Assembly: GCA_023213395.1 (NCBI GenBank)
Contig: CM041465.1
Coordinates: forward strand, 88,853,741-88,917,740
Direction: 5' to 3'
Source of the DNA: Cycas panzhihuaensis
Lineage: Eukaryota; Plantae; Cycadophyta
Length of the DNA: 64,000 bases
Shown: one piece after another, positions 11,556 through 24,520 of the stretch
Layout of the letters: the number at the start of each line of letters is the position of its first letter
Numbering within the stretch: position 1 is the stretch's first letter
Translations under genes and position numbers: made by a program
Notes under the pieces: model-generated
Seen by the model: the letters and a program-made list of their open reading frames with translations, nothing else
Databases searched by the model: none
What the model was told of the DNA's origin: nothing

Positions 11556-14508
11556 CGTCAAAAATATTTCACAAGAGGCTATGATGCCACAATAGAAAAG
11601 ATGCAGTATGCAGCAATTCAAAATAGAAAAGAAATTGGAAAATGATCAATCTTCATCTATTGATTCACCTCATAGAGGACTAATGAGATCGAAGAACCTC
11701 TTTGAGGACTATGAGGATACATGAAGATGGGAGCTTAGTCACCCAAATTAACAATGCTCATATATTAAGAGTGTTCACATACACGCATAAAATTTGGGAG
11801 ACATATGACCAAATGATTACAATAATCATGGATTAAACATCATCTTCCAACGCATCCCATTAATGTTTAATTAATGTCCTTGTCACGTTAGGTAACTTGA
11901 GAAATTTCTCTTCATCTTCACTAGATTAGCTACTTCAAGAATACTTCCATTTACGCTTCCTCATTTTCCATTGTTTGCTAATGTCAATATAAAGAAATGG
12001 CCATCTACCAGAATACATGGATAACCAGCTGCTATAACTGCCAATTTGCTTGGAACATGTTCACCACATGGTACATCAGCGTCTGTCAAATTTTCTATAT
12101 GCAAACTTGCTGAATTCTCCAGTAAATAATTCCATATTGGAACACCGCAACAAACTGTTGCTACCTTTAAGTAACCTTTAAATAAACTTTCTGCCAACTT
12201 GTTGCAATTCCTACAACCATCCACACAGGGTGCACCGACACCAAATGCATGCATGGAGTTTCTCCTTCCAGAAATTGCATAATCAATTGTGAAGCACATA
12301 AAAGGCTATCATCACAGCCAATTATAGCTTTCACTCCCCAAACCATCAATTTTTAAGGCGCAAGCTTGTAGCTTTCAAGATGTGATACCTTTACCATATT
12401 TTATTTCATGCACCTCTCACTCCAAAGTGGGTCCTTACAAAAAAACACATGTTACCAAATTGGGAACCATGCGAAACAAAGTACATGTCTGAAATATTAC
12501 CAAAATATGCTTCAAAAAATGGGACCACCAGTTTGAAAAGAAGAGGGTAGATTCCAAATGATGCATAAACCACTGTCAAATAAGAAGAAATTGCCCTAAG
12601 AAGGCCAAAAGTGTTTCACTCTTTTGTCATATGACCACTGACTGAAAGGTTAGAGGGCAGACTTCAAATGTTGTCCTATCTGATTAAATTAACATGGACT
12701 TCAGAAAACTTTTAATTTTGTTGGAAAGATTCCACTGCCACTTTTTCTTCACATTTCTCGTTTGTAATCTTCCACAGCATCTGTGTTGTCATTTCCTCTG
12801 TAAATTCACTGCATGATCTCTCCATAACCACTACCTCATCCATCAAAAATGCCCACTACCAGTTCACGGGCAAAAGAAAGTGTTGGGTCTCCAACAACTC
12901 CACTTTTAGTATTTTCTCTGGCTCCAAGGAATTGGCAAACTATGTAAAACACGACATCCTTCTATATAAAATCTAGCCAGAATCTGGACATGGCTTGACT
13001 TTATGGTTTCAATGATAGCAAGGCAAGTACTAGTAATATGGTAAGTCAATCTGTCTGGTTGTCATGAACTGAATGCATAATTAACTAAAAATATCAATCA
13101 GACCTGCCAACTAAACTACAAAATGTTTAAGCTTTTCTCTTACATCATCCGTATGAGGATTTGATTCACAGATTTCCTCAATAACTTTGCTATCAAATCT
13201 GTTCATACTCTCGTGCATTTGAAAAACACATCTCCCAGCCACTTCATCTGATCAGAGCACCTTGTTTTCAGTAATGATTACCTGCCTTAGTCTCCAGAAT
13301 CCATCCAGCATCCATAATGTGGCTCTTCTGTCCCACAACATTCATTCATCTTCATCTAAGAACCAAGTCAAGCAGACAGAATTGATCCAGCTTACATACA
13401 AGATTCATTTATGAATCCTCTGGAATATCAAGTTCATTTGCTCTCTCCAAACCAATAATTTGTACAGGCTGTGAAGAAACAATTACTACTGTCACCTTCC
13501 CACAAAACTATGCCTATTATGGCTTTACACCATCTTTTTTGGCTCCGTGTGCAGGTGCCAATCACCTCTGGATATGCCTAACAAACAAAAACACAATTAA
13601 TATGAGAAATATTCAATTCCAATGCTTGCCTTCATTCACATTCACACCATTTGCAACGACATCAGGGGAGATCTTTGCCATATATTCAACTTCCACTGCA
13701 GCTTTTCTTCTTTCAGTCTATGAAAATATTTCTTCAATTGTCATGATGCAAATCTTTAAGAGAAAACTCAACAATTTACAAATGTCAAGCAGCTTAGACT
13801 CAAAACAAAATGTCCAATGATCATTATGCCAACAAAGCTTGAGTTGTCAAACTCTTGAGTTGGCTCTAAATTGGAAAAGCCAGTCTTTGCTTTGCTTCAC
13901 ACCAAAGCACAACCAAAAAAATACTTGAGACAATTGAATTTGTGAAACCAATTGCTAAAAATTGGTGCATGCTTAATTTAGGGGCCACATGCATGTTTCA
14001 AAACACTGTTGTGTTGCTACTCTTCCAAATCCATTTGAAACTTGCAAATGGAACCTTTTAAATTATATACAATGAGAAGAAAACAAATATCTACCAATCA
14101 CATAACATTCAATCCAAAATCCACCATAAGCCTTACCCTATGAAGACCAAACCATAGGCTATGATACCATGTTAAAAATATTTCACAAAAAACCATGTCA
14201 CCATGATAGAAAAGAGGAAATATGTAGTAATTCAAAATATAAAGAAATTGGAGGAATGATCAATCTTGATCTATTGCATTAAAATAGGTATATATTTACA
14301 GAAATGATTCACCTCATAGAGAACTAATGAGATTGGAGAATCTTTTTAAGGACCTATGAGAATACATGGGGATGTGAGCTATAATCACACAATTTAATAA
14401 TGCTCACATATTAAGATGTCCGGATGTGTGTATAAAAATTGAGATCTACATCACCAAATTATTACAATAATCATGGATTAACCATGGATTAAACATTATT
14501 TTTCAATA
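11556..14508 (-). mobile_element. Very old non-autonomous LTR element (2.95 kb) with no recognisable gag/pol
   Basis: Strongly diverged direct repeats 11556-11852 and 14170-14508 (termini decayed to CG/TA); minus-strand PBS tggtatcatagcc at 14157-14169; decayed PPT at about 11853-11865; TSD aacat/gacat. Confidence 0.82.
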
Positions 14509-14684
14509 GACATTAATAAAATACTGTGAAATCTAGGTACAAAACTGCCTAAAATATAGGTAAAATTTTGGTTCAAATAAATTAACATTAAAGCTGGTTA
14601 ATAAAGATCTTTCTTTTATTGAAGACACAAGTTGCTTCTTTGGCTTGAGAAACCTCAGGTGAGGTGATAGGAATGTAAAATTGA

Positions 14685-17600
14685 TGTTAGCATGGCAGTT
14701 GTTTGTTAAGCCACTTGTTAATGTTAATGCAGTGGTTTAACTAATGTGATTAACGAAATGGTGCAAATTATGCAAAGAGTCGCAACCATTGTTGGTTGAC
14801 ACCTCTTGGAAGGATTATGAACATTCTAGAGCCCTTGTATATTCATATCAAACAAGTGGTAATCAATGTGATCAATAGATCTTTGTAATGGGTTTTTTCT
14901 TGAAAGGGTTTCCCATGTAAATCCTATGTACTATACACCTATTTTCTATGTTTCTCTTGATTGTTTGTTATATATGGTAAAGATCTTGTAGTATGTAAAC
15001 ATGTATGTGTTAATTCATGTTTCTTAACACGGTATTAGAGTTGTAGGGTCCTACATAGCTAAGGCCGGAGTTGGATGGAACGGTGAGATCATTAGTTGTC
15101 AGGTGATGCTGTCAAAACCCAAGAATTTCTTGAGGACTTATCTTCTCCAATAACTTGCAAGAGCATGCATAGTGATCAATGGTAGTTGAGGAGGTGAAAA
15201 GGCATTTCTATGGAGTAAGTTAACTTGTTGGGGGTCATCCGAAGTTGGTTGTTGAGCGTAGCCTTTGTTTTAGACCGGTGGAGTATGTTATGATGGAGGT
15301 TCGATGGTGGTGAAGATAGCCATTCGTCATACATGTAAGTTGGCTATTTTCTTAACAAAGCACCACTAAATTTAACATTGAAAATTACCATTTTACATCA
15401 ACGAAGACAAATATCTTACTTGAGGATGATATTGCATCTGTAAAGGTGGTTTTGTCCTTATTAAGATTGTTGGGTAGTATTTGTGGTGTACCGGGCGTGT
15501 TGATGTGTATGGATGAGCGTTGAAGATAAGAAGCTTTGTGTAAATGTGGGGCCCCTCTATTTTGCATCGATAAGTATGATTGTTGACTGGAATAGGATCG
15601 GGAGCCTATTATATGTTTGGTTAGGCGCACAAGATCGTTTTTTTAGTATTTTGAGAACAAAATTAAAGCCTGTTGGTGAAAGGTGGACAATTGGTGGGCA
15701 ATTTTGGCTTACATAACCATCGTTCGGTGTGCCCCAATGAGTGTGCCTGAGAAGGAGGTGATCACAGTGATGTGGGTATTGTCCAGAAGACTATAAGTCT
15801 AGTAGTTTGGTGATATTAACTTGTTCTTGAAGCTCGTTCCTCAAGGTACATCGTTTGATGCTCAAAGTTATCTTTAATGGCAATAACCCGACAAGTGGAA
15901 GGCTAACAAGGAGTTAATATGGATGGTGAATCAACTCTAGGCGATAACTAAGGCAAAAGTGGACACAATCCCACTTGACCATAAAGAAGGTGTATGACTT
16001 TAGGAGTAGTAGTTTATGGCCATCAAAATGTTGAAATTGTCACTAGCACCAGACCAAAGGGCCTTGGTTCATAACCTGGATCAGCCAGACGAAATATGGA
16101 CAAAGTTGTGTGAAACTTTTAAGAAGAAGAAGACGAATGGATGTCTGGCTTTAATGTTGGAGCTTTTCAATTCTATAATAGAAGATGAGACCAACATAAG
16201 TGCCTACTTGAATAAAGTCATTGACTTGAAGAACAAGCTAGAAGCGTTCAAGGCAAATTTGATTGATGATACATTGTTATTTGCGATAATCATGTCAAAA
16301 TTGCCAACTGCTTTTGCCACTTTCGAGACCATCTATGGCAGAGATGAGGTAATGGAAGGAGCAACGTTTGATAGCATAAAAAATCTTATTCTAGCAAAGG
16401 ACGCCAAGTTAAAACATCATGGGATGCTTGGAGGTTCCAAGTCAAGTCAGGCCTTAGTCATGAAGACGCAGAGGAGGGAGATTGTTCAGGAGGAGAAGTT
16501 CACACAAAAGTCTAGGGAAGAGTCTCGAGAGAAGAAGAAATTCATAGGCAAATGTAACTACTGCAAGAAGGAAGGCCACAGAGAAAAGAATAGTTAGTTC
16601 AAGAGATGAAACAAACGCAAAGCTAGCCAAGATGATGAAGGGAAGAGCATAGCAACACACTGTGTTAGAGTGTCAGCCGAGTCAAGTTGGAAAGACTATT
16701 GGATATTGGACTCTGGAGTCCAGAAGCACATCTCTTTCCAGAAGCAAAACTTTGATGCATGGAGTGCAAATCATAGTGGTGCTGAGATTATCCTTGGAGA
16801 TGCTCACGTGTTACCAGTTGAAGGTGTTGGCAATGTTTCCTTAGCAAGTGGTAAGTATAAACGGGTCTATTATGTGCCTAAGATGCGGTTGAATTTACTT
16901 TCAACTCGAGAAATCTGCCAACAAGAAATGAAGGTGGAACTTTATAAAGATAGATGTCTGATTAAGGATCCTAAACAGAATTTCTCTCTCATTGCTCTTT
17001 GGAAAGTTGGAGACAATTTTGGGTGTTTGAAAAGTTTCAATGCCGGAAGAAGTCCTATGCTTTTATTGCCAATGCAAATGATTTGAGTAAGTTAGGGCAT
17101 GATCACCGGTCACCTTAATTACGAAACAACGCACTAGTGAAAAGGTTCAAAATGGTGGAAGGACTACCATCTATTTCATGTTCAAGCGATGTGTGTGAAG
17201 GGTGTATGTATGAGAAGCATCACCGCTCCTTTTGCTTAGGACAATGCTTGGAGGGCCAAGGAGAAGCTTGAACTTATGCATACAAACGTGATGGGACCAC
17301 TCTCAAAGCCTTCAATATCCAGAGCTCGATATAGCTTAGTGTTTGTAAACAACGACACCAAAAAGGCCTAGGTATATTTCTCGAAGAGCAAGTCAGAGGT
17401 GTTGATCATTTCCGTGATTGGAAAGCGAGTGTTGAAAATGAAAGTGATAAAAAGATAAAAACATTGAGAAGTGATAATGGCAAGGAATACGACAATCATG
17501 TGTTTAATCAGTTCTGTCGAGATCATGGTATAAAACGAGAGTTTACTGTTCTGTATGCCCACAACAAAATGGTGTTGCAGAAAGGAAAAATCGTACCTTG

Positions 17601-20218
17601 ATGGAGATGGCAAGGTGTATGGTGCATTCAAAAAACTTGCCACCAATGTTTTGAACAGAAGTTGTTGCGACTATTGTTTATATTTTAAACAAGATAACCA
17701 CTCAAGCAGTTCGAAGGATGACCCACGAAGAGAAATGGACCGGTCGTAAACCTGTCATTAGTCATTTAAAAACATTTGGGTGCATCGAATATGCACACAT
17801 CCTAGACGACGGTCGCAAGAAGCTAGATCGCAAGAGTTTGAAGTGTATTTTTGTGGGGTATCTAATCAAAACAAATCTTACAAACTGTAGGATCCGCAAG
17901 GGAAAAGAAGTGTGATTAATCGGGATGTTAAATTTGATAAGTCATCGACATATCATCTTTGAGAAGTTATCGGAAGAGCCTTCTTACCCCCTTCTTACCC
18001 CACTACTTAGTTTCCAAATTCAATGACTAAAGAGGACGATGAGCGATCCTTGGAATTCGGAGGAAGTTGGATGAGCGAGCGAATAATAATAAGGAACCAT
18101 CACACAAAGAAGTACCTATAGCACTAGGTCCTTCTATACCATTATGGGCAAGGAAGACAATAGAGGATTTCGGTGGCGATGCAAACCCTTATTAATAACG
18201 GAGAACAAGAAGTCAACATGTCGATTCGAACTACGCTAGTAGACACCAACAACTCCATTGATCCTATTTCACATGACGAAACAACGAACAATCCATGATG
18301 GAGAGCCACAATGGAGGAGGAGTATGGCTCACTTATGAAGAATGTCACATGGGATTTGGTTCCACTACCTCCGACAAAGAACCTTATTGGATGCAAGTGG
18401 GTCTACAAGATAAAGTTCCCCTCTAATGGAGAGGTGGACAAGTGTAAGGCCAAGCTTATCGCTAAAGGGTTTAAGCAAAAAGAAGGAATTGATTATAAAG
18501 AGATATTTGCACCAGTCTCCAAGATAATGACGATCCAATTAATCATTTCATTAACAGTTGCATATGGTTGGAGTAACACCAAATGGACATTAAGTCTGTG
18601 TTTCTTAATGGAGATCTAAAAGAGGAGATTTACATATTGCAACCTCTGGGATTCATTAAGAAAAGCCAGGGGCATCTTATGTGACAATTGAAAAAGTCAC
18701 TCTATGGCCTGAAACAAGCACCACTGCTTGGTATGAGAAGGTCGATGCCAAGTTGAAGGAAGAAGGATTTGTTGTTTTAGATTTGGACCGAATCTATACG
18801 TAAAAGGAGTAGGACCTCAATAGTAGCTATTGTTTTGTACATGGATGATTTACTCATCGAGAGGCAACGATGATAAGACTATTGTCGGAGTCAAGTCTAA
18901 TTTGGGAGCTACCTTTGATATGACAAACCTCGGGCTACTTCACTACTGTTGGGCATGCAAGTTGGGCAGATGGAAGATCGTATCATGTTGTTGCGGGCGG
19001 CATGTGAAGAACCTATTGGAAAAATTTAGGATGCAAGATTGCAAGCCGTTTGCAACATCATGTGCTAAGGGTGCAAAGCTGCAGAAAGACATGGTCAAAC
19101 CCTCTGTAGATGGAACAATGTATCGTCAATTGGTAGGGAGTCTAATCTATTTGACTCATACCAGAACAAATATCGCCTATGTTATTGGATTAGTTTTCTA
19201 ATATCACATAAAATCCTCGGGAACCACATTGGGTTGCGGTAGTGGATTGAAATACTTGAAGGGGACACTTAATCTTGGTCTCGAATACCTTCGTGGTGAA
19301 GAGATAAAGTTGTATGGCTACACTGATGCTGATTGGAGAGGAGACTCTAACGATTAGAAGTCCTTTGCTAGATACATCTTTGGTGTCAATAATGGATTTA
19401 CTTCATGGCAGTCAAAGACGCAACACATAGTGGCGTTATCTTTCACAGAGGCGAATATCAAGGACTCGATGCTAGTGCTAAAGAAGTTGTATGGTTGCAA
19501 GGTCTCTTTGAAGTTCTTGGAGTTTCAAATGGCCATCTAATTATTTTTGTCGATAATCAAAGTACCATTCGCTTATCAAAGAATCCAAAGTTTCATGCTC
19601 GTACGAAGCGCATTAAGATACAACACCACTATATCCATGAACAGATCCAATTAGGGAAGTTGTAGGTCGACTATTGTCCAAATGAATATCAGTTTCCAAG
19701 CATTTTCACCAAAGCGCTTACTGAAGATCAATTTACAAAGATGCATATTAGATTGGGACTCACAGATGTTATTCTTGAGGGGGGATGCATCAACAAAGAT
19801 AAAGAAGTAGGATAGTCCTAGCCTTCATGATAACACAACTGCTGCAAGTTTTAGGTTCCCCACATTCACATTAAGGGGGGATGTTAGCATGCCAATTGTT
19901 TGTTAAGCCACTGGTTAATGTTAATGTGGTGGTTTAACTAATGTGATTAATGAAATGGTGAGAATTATGCAGAGAGTCGCAACCCTTGTTATTTGACATC
20001 TCGTGGAAGGATATATCTTAGACCCCTTGTATATTCATATCAATCAAGTGGCAATCAATGTGATCAATAGATCTTTGTGGTGGGTTTTTTCTTGAAAGGG
20101 TTTTCCATGTAAATCCTATGTCTTAACCTGCTTTTTTGTGCTTATCTTGATTTCTTTTTGTGTATGGTAAAGATTCTACGGATGCAAAGATGTATGCATT
20201 CATTTATGTTTCTTAACA
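14685..20218 (+). mobile_element. Full-length degenerate Ty1/Copia retrotransposon (5.5 kb)
   Basis: LTRs 14685-15029 and 19882-20218; PBS cggtattagagt 15030-15041; PPT attaagggggga 19870-19881; TSD attga/attgc. Domain order: gag (ORF 16016-16597, CNYCKKEGH), PR (YWILDSG), INT (RKKLDRKSLKCIFVGY), RT ([22 protein letters not shown]), RH (VDNQSTI...FHARTK). Confidence 0.96.
15880..19770 (+). pseudogene. Copia gag-pol, broken by stops and frameshifts
   Basis: ORF fragments 16016-16597, 16670-17086, 17718-17915, 18311-18619, 18830-19201 and 19405-19665 lie collinear in Copia domain order; ends approximate. Confidence 0.9.
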
Positions 20219-21949
20219 ATTGCTATAGGGGGGTAACCAGAACATCCAACAACTTTCTCACCACTTTTTATCATTTTCCTGTTCTCGTCCAACCCCCCAC
20301 CCCCAAAATCAACTCCATTTCTTGTATATGTTGATTTGCACAAAATTTCTTTGCTCCTATGTGCATCTCACAAACTTCTCAGATTTGCATCAAAATTTAG
20401 CAAATTTGCATATTCTGGAAATTAGCAGAATTACACACTAAAACTTCATTGTTTTGAAATTTTAAGCAAAAAAAGTAAAAACAAGGAAATAAGTTGCCAA
20501 GTGTCTACTACTTTAAACACACATAATTAGAAATTGCATATGTACGTACAACTATAGCAATAATAGAAAGTTGAATTTGAATTTCAATTATTTTAAGTTT
20601 AACAAGTCAAATTTGTCACTTAGCATCAGATCACAGAATGCCCATTATGAGTTAGAAAGAAAATTCAATGGTTATTTCAACATCTTCTTCCTATAATAGC
20701 ACCCATATAGCTATTGTACTTGAGAAAGAAGATGATCATTATTGTATGGAGAAGTTTGGTGAGTGGACAATGAAAAATCTTTCGTTCACAATTGTTTGAG
20801 TTCATGCAAACATGCTTTCTATGAGTTTTGAACCTCGAATGGTGAGTTTATATTTCAATCCTTATAATATGGATGTACTTTAAGAGGAGATGATTATTAT
20901 AATAGTTAGTTTATATTGGTGAGATCTTCATATTCCACTTGCACCTCTTGGTGATGGATCATTTGGTATTCAACATGTGGTTAACACTCCTAGAGAATTG
21001 AATCTATGACTTCATTAGGGGAAAAAATTGTCAAACCATCTCCAATAAATGATCAACCTAAGGCGGTCCTAAAGGGAAAAGCTAGGATAGAGGATTCACA
21101 ATGGATTGGAAGAGAACTAAGTATCGGAAGAAGGGCAACATCTAGTGGTGCAAGGACTTCAAGGCAAAAGAAGCACTTGGTAGAGAAATGGAAAACCACG
21201 AGGATATAGGAGACACAAATTGCATAACATCTTGTAAAGTGTCATGGCATACCGAGCTCCATGGATCATCTAATAGACCAACTAAAGGACTTGGTCACAA
21301 GAATGCAAGAGAACATTTAAGAGAAGTTGAGTTTCAAGATGGCATGATATGGCCTCAACTGCAAATCTTAGTACCTGTTTCAATTACTACTATTACTATA
21401 ACACTCCTTCCTTGCCAACCAATCTCCCTTCTAGCCGACCAATAAATGAAACATCCTCTTGGCCGACCAACAAACCACAGTTAGCCAACCCTAAGAGATT
21501 CACCCCTATAAATACCCTCCTAGGGCCCTTGCCTAGGATCATTATGTTTCTCTCTGCGGATCCAATGCTCAAAATATCTAGCACGTGTGGAGGACACCTC
21601 GCCTCGAAGAGGATTGCATTGTGGAGACCTCAACTACTGATGTTAGAGATGGACCCAATCTTGCAAATCAAGTGCGTACTCATCCTCTGCATTGTTAGTT
21701 TATTTACACTTATTTATAATTCAGCGATAAAGTTCTTTTTCCAACAAAAACATTCCTCTGCACTATTAGTGTCAATATAATTACTATTATAATTAAAGCA
21801 GGCTCTAGTGAAATGCCCACAAGTACAAATGTGGCCACAACTAGTATGAGCACATCTCGAGGCTAGAACCACTCGGGCAACTCCTTCAAATGCCTATGGA
21901 GCGACCAAGAGCATAGGGCATGATAAATCGCTTAGTTGATCGTAGCCCA

Positions 21950-24520
21950 ATCAACATAGGAATACAAGTGCAAATCAACCCTTAGATGATTGTCTTCACA
22001 CAAAAAAATTAAACTCTTGGCTTCACCAACTAGAAGGTGTATTTCTCCTATTTGAGTTATCTCGATAGTCAACCAATCACATTTGCCAAAATCAAGATAA
22101 CAATGACAACCTTATATCGGTGGAAACACCAATGCAAGAGAGGATAGTTGGAACAAATAGCTCCCATTGTCACATGGTACCAATTTAAAATCTTCATGTG
22201 ATAGAAGCTTTATTGAGCAGGGTACACAACGAGTTTTACCTTAGGTGATAACATTTGAGGCAAGAAAACTAATGAATGTACAAGTACACAAATGGCATTC
22301 ATCGAATGAGCAACAAGCTAGACATAGATGAAGAGGAAAACAAGATGATGATTAAATACATTGGCGACATGCATATTCATCTAAATTTCATGAAGACTCT
22401 GGATGAAGCTTTCCAATTTCCAGCCAAGGTAGGGGCTAAAGAAAAAATTGATTGCATCACTTCATATTCCTCTAATGTCGCTTTTAGTTCTTCTGTGATT
22501 TGCAGAAAGGGTAAAATACCCACGAAGATTCAAAACCCCAACTTTTAAAGCCTAACTTTCCCAAAGGTGAAGAAAGCAGCACTCATCAAGAAATTGTGTA
22601 ACAATTGAAAAGTAGCTGCTCATAGTGATGCCACACGATGGAAACAACACCCTAAACAAACGTCAAAACACTATAGGAAGACGTTTTAAACATATGCCAA
22701 AACCATGAGACACAGGTAGAGGCACCAGTTTAAGCAAAATCTAGCTTGGTGCTTATGGCCAACAGTAGGATGAGGAAAGGAAAAAGTTGTTTCAAACCAA
22801 CATGCAAACCAATCAATGATTATTTTTGACAATATTTGATAAGCATTCTCAAAATGAAATGAAATGAAAATTTATTGTTGTCCATGGACAACTCAAAATG
22901 GTCAATGAGACTAAGGAGACAACATATATATGCTTGTGCCAAAGGAGTACATTAGGCATCTCCAGGTAAGAATCTAATTCTAAAAATCTAAAACCTAATG
23001 TCTAAACTCTAAAATCTAGACTAAATATAATATAAAGTACATGTAAGATGCAATTAGGAAGCATGAAATTTATGTAATATAGCCATAAAGCAATAATGAT
23101 GTAAAGTGATAGACAACTAAGAGCTAATTAACCTATCCATCGCCATCCACTACAGTACAGTCTTCTAGTGTTTGGTGTGTGTGTGGTGGAGCTAAAACAG
23201 ACATACAAGCCTAATGGACCTCATAAATAGTAAAGAAACAATGCTAATGAATAATTAATAATAATTAGGAAAATGAAAGATTGTGTCTATTTATCTTAAA
23301 AGATGTCCTTTCATATTTAGATACTATATATGCATTATCCCTTACTATTTGGCACCATTCAATTAATCAATTCAACATTTTAACCTTTGATAAATTCGGC
23401 CTCAAACCAACAACATTTAGCTTACAAGTGTTAGCAATTTTGGGTCACCTCACGGAGAAGATCATCTATTGAGAGTCTCTATCATGGACATGGGGTTTTT
23501 GATTGTGAAGGAAGATGCGGTATCTCCTAATGTCTCATATGAAAAAATGTCTCCCCTTATCATCCAAGGTTGAATCCCTCCTAAAAAAAGGTGTAAAAGG
23601 TGGTCTTGAGGACTTAATCTAAGCCTTTGTGTATACAATCAAAATTTATAATAGCATGACTAGCTTCAAAGTCTCTTGGATCAACACCAAGTTGTCTTCC
23701 AAGAACCCTCAGATATGCCTCCTATGAGGGAAGCTCATCATAGCGTCACCTTGGCGCCTAGATCCTCACTTACCAATGTAAAGTTGTGCGGAACTTCAAC
23801 CTTTGAACACATTGAAATCAAGAGACAGGTAACAAGGTTGGTGATGAAAGGGCACATCAAACTTAGTGCATCAACATGCAAGTTGCTCATCCTCTTCGTG
23901 CCAAACAAAAACAGCACTTGACAAATGTGTGTTGGCTACCACACCTTAAACAAGATCACAATAAAAAAAATAAGTATCCTTTTTCACATATAAATGATTT
24001 AATTGACCAATTACAAGGTGCCAAGTTCTTCACTGATGTAGAATTGAAATTGCATTGCCATCAAGTACACATGGAGGTGGAAGACATGTGACAACCCACT
24101 TTCAAAACACAACAAGGTTTGTTTGAGTTGTCAACAATGCCATTTGAGCCCATCACCACACCAAGAGGTTAATGAATGTCCCAAGACCCACCATCCATAG
24201 TTTGATCATTGTGGATTTAGATGACGTATGTATATTTAGCCATACCTAAGACAACCATGTGCAACATGTATAGATAATCCTAGAGTAGCTTTAAGAAGAC
24301 AATTTGCAAACTAACATGGAGAAATGTTTTTCGTTAATAAGAACTTTAGTTAAGCGGGTTTCATAGTCAATGAACATGGTTTGGAGATAAATCGACCAAG
24401 ATTTGGATTTTGCTAAAGTGGTCCACAACTATTAATTTGTTTGGGTTGGGGGCGTTATGGGACTTACAAACTTCAACATGAGTTTTTATGCTTAGATATT
24501 CCCATATTGCAATACCACAT
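21950..24520 (+). mobile_element. Ancient Ty3/Gypsy remnant (gag...RT), interrupted at 24520; resumes at 37313-~37420
   Basis: RT motifs KYPFSHINDLIDQLQGAKFFT (ORF 23876-24091), FKTQQGLFE..MPF, VDLDDVCIFS; the post-RT linker continues across the 24521-37312 insertion (TSD cacat/cactt). Left boundary approximate. Confidence 0.75.

Noticed and set aside
13579-13630. Possible GC-AG intron suggesting a captured host gene inside the LTR element
   Set aside because: Only about 52 nt, short for a plant intron, and the flanks resemble no protein I recognise.
13700-13745. MTIEE as the start of RR exon 1
   Set aside because: Not followed by FP.G.RVL.VDDD, has an in-frame stop, and lies inside an LTR element.
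20976-21746. Solo LTR (TATA-like cctataaatacc, ends ccaaca)
   Set aside because: LTR-like, but no partner, clear 5' boundary or TSD could be established.
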